Counted from the stretch's first letter, positions 1 to 11,088 are shown. The stretch: DNA of 64,000 nt from Sediminibacterium ginsengisoli (GCA_945873615.1 CAMCDT010000004.1:10137-74136); one strand, 5' to 3'. The notes: generated by a model not told the origin, from the letters alone. Numbers and translations: made by a program.

Positions 1-310
1 TTTTACTACCCGCCACACCAGCGAGTACAATACATACAACAGTTGGCGACAATTCAAGTAATAAACCATCACGCACAATTTGTGCAATAGTTGATAATGG
101 TACAAGTGGGCTTACCAACTGATAGGTTGTTTGTACCGTTGTAACAGCACCTAAAAAAACAGAAATAATAACAACAATGGGCAATGAGCCTATGCCAATT
201 TCTACTGCTTGATGGACAAACTCCTTCCAATACATACGCAGGTTTTCGGGCTTTGTAAACATGCCTTTTAACATGAGCAAATAATTCCCGAAATGCGTAA
301 TTAAGTTCAT
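1..310 (-). CDS. mlaE: MlaE-family ABC transporter permease (partial, runs off the left edge; missing from the ORF track)
   Basis: Manual translation from ATG at 310: MNLITHFGNYLLMLKGMFTKPENLRMYWKEFVHQAVEIGIGSLPIVVIISVFLGAVTTVQTTYQLVSPLVPLSTIAQIVRDGLLLELSPTVVCIVLAGVAGSK, open to the edge. The IGxGSLPIV and ELxP...LAGxxGS motifs are typical of MlaE. Confidence 0.9.
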   Translation of the reverse strand, partial: MNLITHFGNYLLMLKGMFTKPENLRMYWKEFVHQAVEIGIGSLPIVVIISVFLGAVTTVQTTYQLVSPLVPLSTIAQIVRDGLLLELSPTVVCIVLAGVAGSK

Positions 311-327
311 ATACTAAAGTAAGGTAA

Positions 328-2670
328 TTATTTATTTTTCTTTTTGAGGCGCTTCCACCAGCTACTGCGCTGAACGGCGTCATCTGTATCTATGCGTGAT
401 TTTAACTGCGCATCCACTACTGCAACAAGTGCCATATTAATAATGCTTCTTACAGAGCTTCCTAATTGAAGTACGTGTACAGGCTTTTTAAGACCTAATA
501 AAATTGGACCAATCGCATCTGCACCACCAATTTCTTTTAATAAATTATAAGCAACATTACCTGAAGTTAAATTAGGGAAAATAAGTACGTTAACGTCCTC
601 GTCCACTAAATCACTAAAGCCATAATTGTCTTTTAATATTTCTTTATTGAAAGCCATACTTGCCTGCATTTCACCATCCACAATTAATGATGGATTACGC
701 TGTTTTAAAATGCGCGTTGCTTCTGCAACTATTTTTGCTTCTTGTGAATCTGAACTACCAAAGTTGCTATAACTTAACATAGCTATGCGCGGTGTGATGT
801 TAAAGTTTCTTACTTCCTTAGCAACCATCATGGCAATGTCAGCTAGCTCCTCTGCATTTGGATTAAAATTAACCGTTGTGTCCGCTAAAAATATAGGGCC
901 GCGTTTGGTTAATAATAAATACATGCCGGCAATTTTTTTAACGCCTTCTTCGGTACCAATAATTTGAAGCGCTGGCCTAATGGCTTCGGCATAATTTTTA
1001 GTAAGTCCAGAAAGCATTGCGTCGGCATCACCGGTTTCAACCATCATACAACCAAAATGGTTGCGGTCTTTCATTATTTTAATACTCTCGTAATGGTTAA
1101 ATCCTTTACGCTGACGTTTCTTAAAGAACAACTCACCATAAAATTCGCGTTTAGCTTCTTGTTCATCACTGCGTGAATCAATAATAGGAATATCTGTAAG
1201 ATCAATATTATGCTCTTCGGCAATCGCTTTAATTTTGATTGGATCACCAAGTAGTATTGGATAAGCAATACCATCATCATAAATAATACTTGCTGCTTTT
1301 AAAACTTTTTGATTGTCTGCTTCTGCAAATACTAAACGCTTAGGATCACGTCTAGCTTTGTTACCAATAACTCGTATGAGTTGATTATCCAGACCTAAAC
1401 GCTTATTTAATTGTAGCGTATATGCATCCCAGTTTTGAATAGGCTTTTGTGCTACGCCAGATTCTACAGCCGCTTTTGCAACTGCAGGCGCTACCGTAGA
1501 AAGCAAACGTGGGTCTAGTGGTTTTGGAATAATATACTCCGGACCAAAACTCATACTGCTTTGGTTATACGCTAAGTTTACGATATCAGGCACTGGAGTT
1601 TTAGCAAGCTCTGCTAAAGCCTTTACAGCTGCCAGTTTCATGGCTTCATTAATTTTTGTAGCGCGCACATCTAGTGCACCTCTAAAAATATAAGGAAACC
1701 CTAATACATTGTTTACTTGGTTTGGATAATCGGTACGGCCCGTTGCCATGATAATGTCTTTACGCACTGCTGTTGCATCTTCGTAAGAGATTTCAGGATC
1801 CGGATTGGCCATGGCAAAAACAATTGGATTTTTGGCCATCGATTTTACCATTTCTTGTGTTACTACACCACCTATACTTAAACCTAAAAAAACATCCGCA
1901 TCACGCATCGCTTTTGCAAGTGTGCTATCAGATTTTTTTACAGCAAACTTTTTACGGGTAGCATCTAAATCGGTACGGCCTTCGTGCAAAACGCCATCTT
2001 TATCAAATAGGATAAAGTTTTCATAACGCGCGCCGAGTGCCACATACAACTGTACACAAGCCATAGCAGCTGCGCCAGCTCCGTTCACTACAAAACGTAC
2101 ACGGTCTATTTTCTTTTTTTGAAGTTCCAATGCATTTAAAAGTGCAGCGCCGCTAATGATCGCTGTTCCGTGCTGATCATCATGCATCACCGGAATTTTC
2201 ATTTGCTCTTTTAGCTGCTGCTCGATGTAAAAACATTCGGGCGCTTTAATATCTTCTAAATTGATGCCACCAAATGTTGGCTCCAATGCTTTTACAATTT
2301 GAACAAACTTTTCGGGATCCTTCTCATTAATTTCAATATCAAAAACGTCAATGTCTGCAAATATTTTAAAGAGTACGCCCTTTCCTTCCATCACAGGCTT
2401 ACTCGCTTCTGGCCCAATATCACCAAGCCCGAGTACTGCGGTTCCGTTAGTAATTACAGCTACTAAATTTCCTTTGGCTGTGTATTTGTATACCTCTTCA
2501 ATGTTTTCGTGAATTTCTTTACAAGGCTCTGCAACCCCTGGACTATATGCAAGCGACAAATCTCGCTGGGTTTTAGCCTCTTTTGTAGGCACTACCTCTA
2601 TCTTACCCGGTCTTCCACTTGCGTGGTATTCGAGGGCTTGTTCTCTGCGGAGGTCATTGTTTTTTGCCAT
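328..2670 (-). CDS. maeB: NADP-dependent malic enzyme fused to a phosphotransacetylase-like domain
   Basis: [64 protein letters not shown]; C-terminal PTA-like domain (FAEAD, DGEMQ, GPILLGL). Confidence 0.97.
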   Translation of the reverse strand: MAKNNDLRREQALEYHASGRPGKIEVVPTKEAKTQRDLSLAYSPGVAEPCKEIHENIEEVYKYTAKGNLVAVITNGTAVLGLGDIGPEASKPVMEGKGVLFKIFADIDVFDIEINEKDPEKFVQIVKALEPTFGGINLEDIKAPECFYIEQQLKEQMKIPVMHDDQHGTAIISGAALLNALELQKKKIDRVRFVVNGAGAAAMACVQLYVALGARYENFILFDKDGVLHEGRTDLDATRKKFAVKKSDSTLAKAMRDADVFLGLSIGGVVTQEMVKSMAKNPIVFAMANPDPEISYEDATAVRKDIIMATGRTDYPNQVNNVLGFPYIFRGALDVRATKINEAMKLAAVKALAELAKTPVPDIVNLAYNQSSMSFGPEYIIPKPLDPRLLSTVAPAVAKAAVESGVAQKPIQNWDAYTLQLNKRLGLDNQLIRVIGNKARRDPKRLVFAEADNQKVLKAASIIYDDGIAYPILLGDPIKIKAIAEEHNIDLTDIPIIDSRSDEQEAKREFYGELFFKKRQRKGFNHYESIKIMKDRNHFGCMMVETGDADAMLSGLTKNYAEAIRPALQIIGTEEGVKKIAGMYLLLTKRGPIFLADTTVNFNPNAEELADIAMMVAKEVRNFNITPRIAMLSYSNFGSSDSQEAKIVAEATRILKQRNPSLIVDGEMQASMAFNKEILKDNYGFSDLVDEDVNVLIFPNLTSGNVAYNLLKEIGGADAIGPILLGLKKPVHVLQLGSSVRSIINMALVAVVDAQLKSRIDTDDAVQRSSWWKRLKKKNK

Positions 2671-2692
2671 CTGTATTGTTTTGTTCGAATTA

Positions 2693-2700
2693 CAAATTTA
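2693..2700 (-). promoter_or_regulatory. Bacteroidota -7 promoter element (TAAATTTG) for maeB
   Basis: Exact TAnnTTTG match on the minus strand, 22 nt upstream of the maeB start. Confidence 0.6.
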
Positions 2701-2749
2701 CCATTAATTCTTAAAGGCTAACACTTGTTTGCCTAAAATACGTAAAACC

Positions 2750-3937
2750 CTATGTATGAGCGGTTGCGCCTAACCAAGCCATCATCCCCATGCCTATTTC
2801 AATGGCATTTTCATCTATATTAAAGTGCGGGGTATGTACATTGTGTATTATGCCAGCAGCCTCATCACGCACACCTAGTCTAAAAAAGCAACCCGGAATT
2901 TGCTGAGTGTAGTAACCAAAATCTTCGGCCCCCATACGCATTTCTGTTTCTAAAACATTTTGGGCACCCATATAATCATCTGCTAATTTCCATGCTGTTT
3001 CAGTAAATGCAGGATCGTTGTCTACGGTTGGGTATCCCACATCAATAAGCACGTCAATAGTTGCTCCCATCGATTCGGCAACACCTTTTGCGGTTTTGGT
3101 AATTAATTCATGTGCCTTATAGCGCCAGGTTTCATCCATGGCTCTAAATGTTCCCATCAGTTTTACTTCTGAAGGAATTACGTTAGTAGTATTACCGCCT
3201 TGCACCGAGCATATAGAAAGTACAGATGGCGAAACAGGATTTCTGTTGCGCGAAATAATTTGTTGTAAACTAATAATGACATGTGATGCAACTAAAATAG
3301 TATCAGCTGCTAAATGCGGTGATGCCGCATGACCTCCCGGACCTTTAATGGTCATATAAATTTCATCGGCACTTGCCATCACTCGGCCTTTTCTAAAACT
3401 TAATTTACCCGTTTCAAGTCCTGGATGCACATGGAGTGCAACAATTGCCTCAGGTGCTGGATTTTGAAGTGCGCCATCTCTAATCATATAACTAGCGCCA
3501 CCCGGATTTTTTTCTTCACCAGGTTGAAAAAATAATTTTACAGTGCCTTCCCAACTATCTTTTGTAGCGAGCAAAATTTTTGCAGCACCAAGCAAAATAG
3601 AGGTATGTACGTCATGGCCACAAGCGTGCATAACGCCTGCTACCGTTGACTTATAGGGCACGTCATTTTCTTCTTGAATAGGTAGCGCGTCCATGTCTGC
3701 GCGAAGCGCCATAACCCTGCTTGAAGGATTTTTTCCTTCAATAATAGCTACAAGCCCAGTGGTTGCTTTTTCTTCGGCAGCAATGCCCATTTCCAATAAC
3801 TGCGCTCTAACATAAGCAGCCGTTTTAAATTCTTGGTAGCTTAACTCGGGGTTTGCATGCAAATGATGACGCACTGCAATTTGTGCAGGCGCAAATTCTT
3901 TTGCTAATGCTTTAATTTTTTCTTGTAATTGACTCAT
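2750..3937 (-). CDS. M20 family metallopeptidase/amidohydrolase (hippuricase-like)
   Basis: HLHANPELS, ALRADMDALPI, MHACGHDVH, FQPGEE, GGHAASPH, AEDF, HTPHF motifs. Confidence 0.93.
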   Translation of the reverse strand: MSQLQEKIKALAKEFAPAQIAVRHHLHANPELSYQEFKTAAYVRAQLLEMGIAAEEKATTGLVAIIEGKNPSSRVMALRADMDALPIQEENDVPYKSTVAGVMHACGHDVHTSILLGAAKILLATKDSWEGTVKLFFQPGEEKNPGGASYMIRDGALQNPAPEAIVALHVHPGLETGKLSFRKGRVMASADEIYMTIKGPGGHAASPHLAADTILVASHVIISLQQIISRNRNPVSPSVLSICSVQGGNTTNVIPSEVKLMGTFRAMDETWRYKAHELITKTAKGVAESMGATIDVLIDVGYPTVDNDPAFTETAWKLADDYMGAQNVLETEMRMGAEDFGYYTQQIPGCFFRLGVRDEAAGIIHNVHTPHFNIDENAIEIGMGMMAWLGATAHT

Positions 3938-3951
3938 ATATAATTTGTCAT

Positions 3952-4386
3952 TTATTGATCGATATCTTCTAAACTTACTTCTATCACATCCTCCACCACA
4001 TACATGCCTGTTGGAAAAATAGCGAGCATTAATTTTCTATACTTTTCGGCGTCATCTCTATTTACAAAATCACCAACACGCACTTTAAATAATGGTGCTT
4101 GATACGTAGTGTACACTTTTTGATCTGAAAATTTTGATTGCACGAGAGCCTTTGCTTTAAATGCTTTATCCCGACTATTGGTACTTGTAATTTGAATTCT
4201 AAAACCTTTTACTTTTCCATTACTAGTCAGTACCGATGTGCGTTTGTTTATAAAGGCTTGCTTTTGGGATAATATATCTAGGCGTGGATCTTTGATAACA
4301 ACAATGGTATCTGCCGCACTAGCCCCCACCGCAAAAAACATGGCGGCGATAAAAAAGGCGAAAGAACAAACATTGTTATTTTTCAT
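3952..4386 (-). CDS. SPOR domain-containing secreted protein
   Basis: Signal peptide, then GFRIQI...YQAPLFKVRVGDF..RDDAEK. The ATG at 4386 is preferred over the TTG at 4395. Confidence 0.8.
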   Translation of the reverse strand: MKNNNVCSFAFFIAAMFFAVGASAADTIVVIKDPRLDILSQKQAFINKRTSVLTSNGKVKGFRIQITSTNSRDKAFKAKALVQSKFSDQKVYTTYQAPLFKVRVGDFVNRDDAEKYRKLMLAIFPTGMYVVEDVIEVSLEDIDQ

Positions 4387-4421
4387 TACAAACAATTTGT
4401 AGTGTTACCTAAGTTACAACA

Positions 4422-5093
4422 TTAATAGTTTCCAGTAGCTGGCGCCCCTGTAACAATAGCTAAACTTGCGCTGCAACCCAGCCTGTTAGCACCCGCAGCA
4501 ACAAGTGCACTTGCAAAAGCATAATCTCTAATGCCGCCAGACGCTTTTATTTGAACATTTGAAGGCAGATGCGCTTTAAATAATTGAACCGCCTCGATGG
4601 TTGCTCCTTTTTCGGCGTAGCCAGTAGATGTTTTTAAATAATCGATGCCTGCTACTCCATATAATTCGCAACATTTAATAATTTCATCGTCTGTTAGTAT
4701 ACCCGATTCAATGATTACTTTAATAACTTTTTCTTTGCTTCTGATAATGGGTAAAATATGACCCAGCTCATTTGCCAGATAGGCCCAATCACCATTTTTT
4801 ATAGCGCTAATATTTGCCACTACATCTAGTTCATCGGCACCATCCACTACTGCTAAAATGATTTCAGCAATCTTTGATTCGACAGCGTTATATCCAAATG
4901 GAAAACCAATAACAGTTGCTACTTTAACAGACGAACCCACCACAAGCGCTTTTGCTGTTTTAACAAAATTAGGTGGTACGCATACGGCTGCAAAACCATA
5001 CTCAACCGCTTCGGCGCATAATTTTTCTATATCTGCAACAAGTGTTGTAGGTTTTAAAATCGTATGGTCGATGTAGGCGTTTAATGTCATCAA
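4422..5093 (-). CDS. deoC: Deoxyribose-phosphate aldolase
   Basis: YIDHTILKP, TVIGFPFG, GADELDVV, KVIIE, YLKTSTG, IKASGGIR, RLGCS. Confidence 0.97.
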   Translation of the reverse strand: MMTLNAYIDHTILKPTTLVADIEKLCAEAVEYGFAAVCVPPNFVKTAKALVVGSSVKVATVIGFPFGYNAVESKIAEIILAVVDGADELDVVANISAIKNGDWAYLANELGHILPIIRSKEKVIKVIIESGILTDDEIIKCCELYGVAGIDYLKTSTGYAEKGATIEAVQLFKAHLPSNVQIKASGGIRDYAFASALVAAGANRLGCSASLAIVTGAPATGNY

Positions 5094-5105
5094 TAAAAAA
5101 TTAAA

Positions 5106-8100
5106 TTAATCGGCGTCTCTACCGTGACAAGCTTTATATTTTTTGCCACTGCCGCAAGGACAAGGATCATTTCTGCCAATTTTTGGACCCACACTAATAG
5201 GCTGTTGCTTTTCTGGTGTTGGATCGTAATAATCATTTTCGGTTGGCGGCGCACCAGCATCTTGCTTGGTAACGCTCATCTTACTCATGTCTGTTTTTTG
5301 TTGGCGACCTTCTTGAACCTGATCCGTTTCTGTTAAAGGAATGGTTGCATGACATAAAAATTCAATGATGTCTTTGTTCACTTCGGTGTCCATTTTTTTG
5401 AACAACTCAAAGGCTTCCATTTTATAAATAACGAGTGGATCTTTTTGTTCGTAAGTAGCCGTTTGTACACTTTGCTTTAAATCATCCATTGCACGCAGGT
5501 GTTCTTTCCATGCATTATCGATATGTGCAAGTGCTATGGTTCTTTCAAGTGCATTTATAAGCGCTGCGCCATTTGTAGCCAAGGTCTTATCCATATTACC
5601 TAACACTTCCATGGCTTTTTTACCATCGGTGAAAGGAACAATTACATTTTCGATATGGTTACCTTGTTGTAAACGAATACGCTTAAATACCGGCATGGCT
5701 TGAGCCATCATATCGGCGCGGCGACGGTTATAATGTGCAATCGCTTCTTGGTATAAAAGTTCGGCAACGTTTTGTGCGCTTTCTTTATTGAGTTGCGCCT
5801 CGGTGATGGCAGTATCGAGTCCAAAGTTTACAATCACGGCTAATTTAAATCCTTCATAATCACTTTGCTCTCTAAAACTAAACACCAATCCTTCTGCAAC
5901 GCCATAAAATGCGTTGTCTAAATCGAGTGCTAGTCTTTCACCAAATAGTGCGTGATGACGTTTTGCATAAATAACGGTACGTTGTTTGTTCATTACATCA
6001 TCGTATTCTAGCAAACGCTTACGAATACCAAAGTTATTTTCTTCTACCTTTTTTTGTGCACGCTCAATAGATTTTGTAATCATGCTATGCTGGATAACTT
6101 CACCTTCTTTGTAGCCTGCAAAGTCCATCACTTTGGCGATACGCTCGCTACCAAACATGCGCATTAAATCGTCTTCTAAAGAAACAAAGAATTGAGAAGA
6201 TCCTGGATCTCCTTGACGTCCCGCTCTACCTCTTAACTGACGGTCTACCCTTCGAGATTCATGACGCTCTGTACCTAATATGGCAAGGCCTCCCGCTTCT
6301 TTAACACCTTCTCCCAATTTAATATCGGTACCTCTACCCGCCATGTTAGTGGCAATGGTAACTGCGCCAGCTAAACCCGCTTCGGTAACAATTTGTGCTT
6401 CACGTGCGTGCTGTTTGGCGTTTAATACGTTGTGTGGAATTTGTTTTTGACGAAGCATACGACCAAGTAATTCACTCACCTCAACACTAGTGGTACCAAC
6501 AAGTACCGGTCTTCCCGCTTCTCTTAATTTTACAATTTCATCAATAACAGCACCAAATTTTTCACGCTTGGTTTTAAACACTAAATCCTGCTCATCAATT
6601 CTAATTGCTGTTACGTTTGTTGGAACAGAAACTACATCTAGTTTATAAATATCCCAAAGCTCTGCTGCTTCTGTTTCGGCAGTACCCGTCATACCACAAA
6701 GCTTGTGGTACATTCTAAAATAGTTTTGTAAAGTAACCGTTGCATAGGTTTGTGTAGCCGCTTCAATTTTTACATTTTCTTTGGCTTCAATGGCTTGGTG
6801 TAAACCATCAGAATATCTACGACCATCAAGTATACGACCTGTTTGCTCATCAACAATTTTAACCGAACCATCCATTACTACATACTCAATATCTTTATCA
6901 AAAAGCGTGTAGGCTTTTAATAATTGTTGAACAGTATGGATGCGGTCTGCTTTTACAGAGTAATCATTAATGATCGCTTCTTTTTGTTGTAGTTTTTCTT
7001 CGGCGGCTAATTCAGCTGATTTATCGATAGAAGAAAGTGACAAACTAATATCAGGTAACACAAAAAACTGTTGGTCTTCACCAGCCTTTGTAATGAGCTG
7101 AATCCCTTTATCCGTAAGCTCTACCGAGTTGCTTTTTTCGTCGATGTAGAAATATAGTTCTTCATCGGCAATAGGCATTTCACGAGACTGATCGGCGAGG
7201 TAATAGTTTTCGGCTTTTTGTAATTTAACACGAATACCAGGCTCACTTAAATATTTAATAAGGGCATTGTTTTTAGGAAGTCCTCTATGTGCTCTAAATA
7301 ATGCAAGGCCACCATCTTTAGGATCGTCGTTGCCTTCTGCAATTTTCTTTTTTGCTTCAATTAAAAATTGATTGGTTGCACGCTTTTGCGCGTCTACTAA
7401 TTTTTCGATGCGTGGCTTTAATTCAAAAAATTGTTGCTCGTTGGTATTGTGTCCTACTGGACCAGAAATAATAAGTGGCGTACGGGCATCATCAATTAAT
7501 ACCGAATCCACTTCATCCACCATGGCAAAATGATGTTTGCGTTGCACCATTTCCTGTGGCGTATGCACCATGTTATCACGCAGGTAATCGAAACCAAATT
7601 CGTTGTTAGTACCGTAAGTGATATCTGCTAAATAAGCGTTTCTGCGCGACTCACTATTTGGATCATGCTTATCAATACAATCTACGCGAAGTCCAAGCCA
7701 TTCAAATATGGTTCCGTTCCATTCACTATCACGTTTTGCGAGGTAATCATTTACTGTTACAATGTGCACACCTTCACCAGCAAGTGCATTTAAATAAGCA
7801 GGAAGTGTAGACACAAGCGTTTTACCTTCTCCGGTAGACATTTCGGCAATTTTACCTTCATGTAATACGCTACCACCAATTAACTGCACGTCATAGTGTA
7901 CCATGTTCCAGGTAACTTTTCCGCCAGCGGCTGTCCATGTATTTTTGAAAACACTTTGTTCGCCTTTAATAGAGATATAATCTTTTTTAACGCTAAACTC
8001 ACGGTCCAGTGGTGTAGCTGTTGCAACAAGTTCTTCATTGGTAGAAAATCTGCGCGCTGTTTCTTTAACCACGGCAAAAGCTTCTGGTTGAATTTCCGCA

Positions 8101-8414
8101 AGTACTTCTTCAATTTTTTGATCGCGCTCTTTATTTAAAACGTCCACCTCTTTATAGATAGCATCGCGCTTATGAATTTCGGTATCGCTTAAGGCATGCG
8201 CAATTTCTTTTTTCTCTGCTATTTGCGCGTCAATGGCTACTAAATGATTTTGTATTCTTTGCTTAAACTCAGCCGTTTTTCCACGAAGTTCGTCGTTGGT
8301 TAAACTAGCGTAAGATGCAAAAAAAGAATTGGCCTTTTCTACAATTGGAAGTATCTTCTGAACATCTTTCTCGCTCTTACTGCTTCCAAATAATTTGGTT
8401 ATAAATTTCAACAT
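5106..8414 (-). CDS. secA: Preprotein translocase subunit SecA
   Basis: [59 protein letters not shown]; C-terminal SEC-C motif [19 protein letters not shown]. Confidence 0.99.
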   Translation of the reverse strand: MLKFITKLFGSSKSEKDVQKILPIVEKANSFFASYASLTNDELRGKTAEFKQRIQNHLVAIDAQIAEKKEIAHALSDTEIHKRDAIYKEVDVLNKERDQKIEEVLAEIQPEAFAVVKETARRFSTNEELVATATPLDREFSVKKDYISIKGEQSVFKNTWTAAGGKVTWNMVHYDVQLIGGSVLHEGKIAEMSTGEGKTLVSTLPAYLNALAGEGVHIVTVNDYLAKRDSEWNGTIFEWLGLRVDCIDKHDPNSESRRNAYLADITYGTNNEFGFDYLRDNMVHTPQEMVQRKHHFAMVDEVDSVLIDDARTPLIISGPVGHNTNEQQFFELKPRIEKLVDAQKRATNQFLIEAKKKIAEGNDDPKDGGLALFRAHRGLPKNNALIKYLSEPGIRVKLQKAENYYLADQSREMPIADEELYFYIDEKSNSVELTDKGIQLITKAGEDQQFFVLPDISLSLSSIDKSAELAAEEKLQQKEAIINDYSVKADRIHTVQQLLKAYTLFDKDIEYVVMDGSVKIVDEQTGRILDGRRYSDGLHQAIEAKENVKIEAATQTYATVTLQNYFRMYHKLCGMTGTAETEAAELWDIYKLDVVSVPTNVTAIRIDEQDLVFKTKREKFGAVIDEIVKLREAGRPVLVGTTSVEVSELLGRMLRQKQIPHNVLNAKQHAREAQIVTEAGLAGAVTIATNMAGRGTDIKLGEGVKEAGGLAILGTERHESRRVDRQLRGRAGRQGDPGSSQFFVSLEDDLMRMFGSERIAKVMDFAGYKEGEVIQHSMITKSIERAQKKVEENNFGIRKRLLEYDDVMNKQRTVIYAKRHHALFGERLALDLDNAFYGVAEGLVFSFREQSDYEGFKLAVIVNFGLDTAITEAQLNKESAQNVAELLYQEAIAHYNRRRADMMAQAMPVFKRIRLQQGNHIENVIVPFTDGKKAMEVLGNMDKTLATNGAALINALERTIALAHIDNAWKEHLRAMDDLKQSVQTATYEQKDPLVIYKMEAFELFKKMDTEVNKDIIEFLCHATIPLTETDQVQEGRQQKTDMSKMSVTKQDAGAPPTENDYYDPTPEKQQPISVGPKIGRNDPCPCGSGKKYKACHGRDAD

Positions 8415-8469
8415 ATTGTTAAATAAACTGTTTTATAAAAAATATATTACTCAAAAAGAGTGCGGCATT

Positions 8470-8477
8470 TAAATTTG
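8470..8477 (+). promoter_or_regulatory. -7 promoter element (TAAATTTG), possibly for the 8558 gene
   Basis: Exact TAnnTTTG on the plus strand. It sits inside the inverted repeat of the secA leader. Confidence 0.4.
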
Positions 8478-8507
8478 CGTCAATTTGGCACTCTATATCA
8501 AGGCCGC

Positions 8508-8515
8508 CAAAGGTA
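8508..8515 (-). promoter_or_regulatory. -7 promoter element (TACCTTTG) for secA
   Basis: Exact TAnnTTTG on the minus strand, about 94 nt upstream of the secA ATG. Confidence 0.6.
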
Positions 8516-8557
8516 AAGATTTTAGAGCGGTTGTAAACGGGTTACAAAGAACTGATT

Positions 8558-9226
8558 ATGAACAAGATTATAGGCAGCAAAACTTGGGCAATGGGGATTT
8601 GGGCATTTTTAGCCATTATTTTGGCTAGCGGGCCCGTTTTTGGTCAAAATAATGCGTCCGACTCGGATCAAACAGTGTCAAACGACAGTATTCAACTGCC
8701 TCTGCCGGAGGCCGTTGCCATGGAACGAATTAACATAACACGTAATTACATGACTGCCCTTGGCGCCTGGGGCCTTGTAAACGTGGTACAAGGTAGCATT
8801 TCAGCTACCAACACTGTAGGCCCAGAGCACTATTTTCACCAAATGAGCTCATATTTTAATGCTGTAAATGTGGGGATCGCAGCAGTAGGGTTTTTGGGCA
8901 TTAAAAAACAGCTTTTAAAAACCAATACCCTGGCCTCAGAAGTTCGGGAACAACAAAAAATTCAAAAAATACTGCTCATTAACAGTGCTTTAGACATTGG
9001 ATACTTTGGCATTGGCCAACTTATGCGAAATAGTGGCATTCGCAACCAAAATGCCAAAATTCAGGGATATGGGGGCAGCATTATGCTACAAGGGGCCTTT
9101 TTACTGGCATACGACCTCTTACAATTTGGAGCACACCGCAAAAATGGCAAAAGATTGGGTCAAAAGTTTGGTATTTGGACCCTTGGCCCAACATCAACCG
9201 GCATGGGGCTTGCCTACCGTTTTTAG
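8558..9226 (+). CDS. Hypothetical membrane/secreted protein, DUF6992-like
   Basis: N-terminal signal and hydrophobic Gly-rich helices. LGAWGLVN, YFHQM...NAVN, NSALDIGY and QGAFLLAYD resemble the DUF6992 family (from memory). Confidence 0.6.
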   Translation: MNKIIGSKTWAMGIWAFLAIILASGPVFGQNNASDSDQTVSNDSIQLPLPEAVAMERINITRNYMTALGAWGLVNVVQGSISATNTVGPEHYFHQMSSYFNAVNVGIAAVGFLGIKKQLLKTNTLASEVREQQKIQKILLINSALDIGYFGIGQLMRNSGIRNQNAKIQGYGGSIMLQGAFLLAYDLLQFGAHRKNGKRLGQKFGIWTLGPTSTGMGLAYRF

Positions 9227-9288
9227 GCCCAAAAGGGAGGTTCATTCTTTCTTGAAAACTTCTTTATGGAATTTCAGCGTCTTTCTGC

Positions 9289-9296
9289 TACTTTTG
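9289..9296 (+). promoter_or_regulatory. -7 promoter element (TACTTTTG) for atpG-scpB
   Basis: Exact TAnnTTTG, 28 nt upstream of the atpG ATG. Confidence 0.65.
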
Positions 9297-9324
9297 CCCC
9301 CGAAAACGTGTAATATTTAATACC

Positions 9325-10206
9325 ATGGCAGGTCAATTAAAAGAGGTTAGAAATAGGATTAAAAGTGTACAAAGTACGCAGCAAATTACCAAGGCAATGA
9401 AAATGGTGAGTGCGGCTAAATTACGCCGTGCGCAAGACGCCATTACGCAAATGCGCCCTTACGCGCAAAAATTGCAGGAAATGCTGAGCAATATTGTGAG
9501 TTCTTCTGAAGGTGATTTGTCTATCAAATTAGCAGAAACAAGAACAGTAGAAAACGTACTATTAATTGTAATCACATCTGATAGAGGTTTGTGCGGAGGT
9601 TATAATGCCAACCTTATTAAACTTGCAAAAAGTACCATCGACGAAAAATATAGCAGCCAACATAAAAAAGGCAATGTAACCATTTGGAACATTGGTAAAA
9701 AAGGATACGAGAGTTTAACCAAAGCAGGTTATACTACCGATCCTACTTTTAAAGATATCTTTTTACAGTTGACTTTTGAAAATGTACAAGCCGCTGCAGC
9801 AGCTGCTATGAAAGCATTTGAAGAAAAAACATTTGATGCAGTAGAAGTTATTTATTCTGAATTTAAAAACGCCGCTTCACAAGAATATAAAGCAGAAGCG
9901 TTTTTACCTATTCCAAAAGTAAAAAACACAGGTGCTGCAAAAAAATCAGACTTTATTTTTGAGCCAGCTAAAGAAGAATTGATAGCAGAGCTCATGCCAA
10001 AAATATTAAACACACAATTATTTAAAGCAGTGCTTGATTGTAATGCAAGTGAGCATGGCGCGCGCATGACCGCAATGGATAAGGCGAGCGAAAACGCAAA
10101 CGAACTCTTAAAGTCGCTTAAAATTAGCTACAACAGAGCACGTCAAGCGGCAATCACCACAGAACTTACAGAAATTGTAAGTGGCGCGGCTGCACTTCAA
10201 GGATAA
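9325..10206 (+). CDS. atpG: ATP synthase F1 subunit gamma
   Basis: RIKSVQSTQQITKAMKMVSAAKLRRAQ, TSDRGLCG, SEHGARMTAMDKASENA, YNRARQAAITTELTEIVSGA. Confidence 0.99.
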   Translation: MAGQLKEVRNRIKSVQSTQQITKAMKMVSAAKLRRAQDAITQMRPYAQKLQEMLSNIVSSSEGDLSIKLAETRTVENVLLIVITSDRGLCGGYNANLIKLAKSTIDEKYSSQHKKGNVTIWNIGKKGYESLTKAGYTTDPTFKDIFLQLTFENVQAAAAAAMKAFEEKTFDAVEVIYSEFKNAASQEYKAEAFLPIPKVKNTGAAKKSDFIFEPAKEELIAELMPKILNTQLFKAVLDCNASEHGARMTAMDKASENANELLKSLKISYNRARQAAITTELTEIVSGAAALQG

Positions 10207-10222
10207 ACCTTAATACCCGTTT

Positions 10223-11056
10223 ATGGAGATTAGCGAAATCATACCTCATATAGAAGTTCTCATTTTTGCAAGTGAAAAACCACTTACATCACCTGATATT
10301 GTTGAATTAATCAACAACACTTTTGGCTTTTTAGAAGAGCGCATTAGTACTGATCAGGTAGATGCAGCAGTAAATGGAATCAAAGAAAAGTATGATTCAG
10401 AATTTTATCCATTTGAAGTAAGAGAAAGCGGCGGTGGCTGGCAGTTTTTAACCAAAAAAGATTACCACCAAACCATTGCACAACTAAATGGTGACAAGTT
10501 TTTAAAACGTCTTTCTAACGCGGCACTTGAAACGCTTGCTATCATTGCTTATAAGCAACCTATCACCAAAGGTGAGATTGAATCTATCAGAGGCGTGAAT
10601 ACCGATTATAGCATTCAAAAATTATTAGAAAAAGAACTTATTTTAATTAGTGGCCGCAGTGAAAACATGCCGGGCAAACCACTTTTATATGTTACTTCTA
10701 AAACATTCATGGATTATTTTGGTATCAATAGCCCAGAAGATCTTCCTAAAATTAAAGAAGTACTAGCCGAGCAGTTAATTGAAGGCACCATCATAAATCC
10801 TGAAGACTTTACAGATCAAAACGTGGCAAACGCCTCTGAATTTGAAGAAGAAAGTTTAATCATTGATACCGAAACCGAATCTAACGAAGACCCTATAGAC
10901 GAACTAGCTGCCGCAGAAGATGAAGCACTAGATACGGAGGATGACGGCAACTTTAGCGAGTCCGATAATTTTGAAGCCTCTGAAGAAGACGCTGACGAAG
11001 ATGGAGACGATGCATCTGAAGACGCTGACGAGAATTCGGACAAGGATCCTGCATAA
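10223..11056 (+). CDS. scpB: SMC-Scp complex subunit ScpB with a long acidic C-terminal tail
   Basis: IEVLIFASEKPL, GGWQFLTK, LSNAALETLAIIAYKQPITKGEIESIRGV, GKPLLYVTSKTFMDYFGI. The last ~80 aa are D/E-rich. Confidence 0.95.
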   Translation: MEISEIIPHIEVLIFASEKPLTSPDIVELINNTFGFLEERISTDQVDAAVNGIKEKYDSEFYPFEVRESGGGWQFLTKKDYHQTIAQLNGDKFLKRLSNAALETLAIIAYKQPITKGEIESIRGVNTDYSIQKLLEKELILISGRSENMPGKPLLYVTSKTFMDYFGINSPEDLPKIKEVLAEQLIEGTIINPEDFTDQNVANASEFEEESLIIDTETESNEDPIDELAAAEDEALDTEDDGNFSESDNFEASEEDADEDGDDASEDADENSDKDPA

Positions 11057-11073
11057 TAAATGCCCCGAAGTGT

Positions 11074-11081
11074 TATCTTCG
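11074..11081 (+). promoter_or_regulatory. -7-like element (TATCTTCG) 7 nt before the lysA ATG
   Basis: One-mismatch variant (TTCG). The same variant occurs upstream of the YebC-family gene. Confidence 0.4.
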
Positions 11082-11088
11082 TGGACCT

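Noticed and set aside
69-383. 104-aa ORF in the track
   Set aside because: It is an alternative frame over the real mlaE (starts at 310) and the end of maeB, and has no recognisable motifs.
8462-8500. Sigma-54 promoter (GGCA...TTGC) upstream of secA or the 8558 gene
   Set aside because: CGGCATTTAAATTTGC has GG-GC spacing one base too long, and TGGCACTCTATATCAA lacks the -12 TTGC.
11057-11088. Lysine riboswitch before lysA, or an amino-acid riboswitch in 18845-18989
   Set aside because: The lysA gap is only 32 bp. The transporter intergenic region is short and AT-rich with no aptamer-like stems that I could see.
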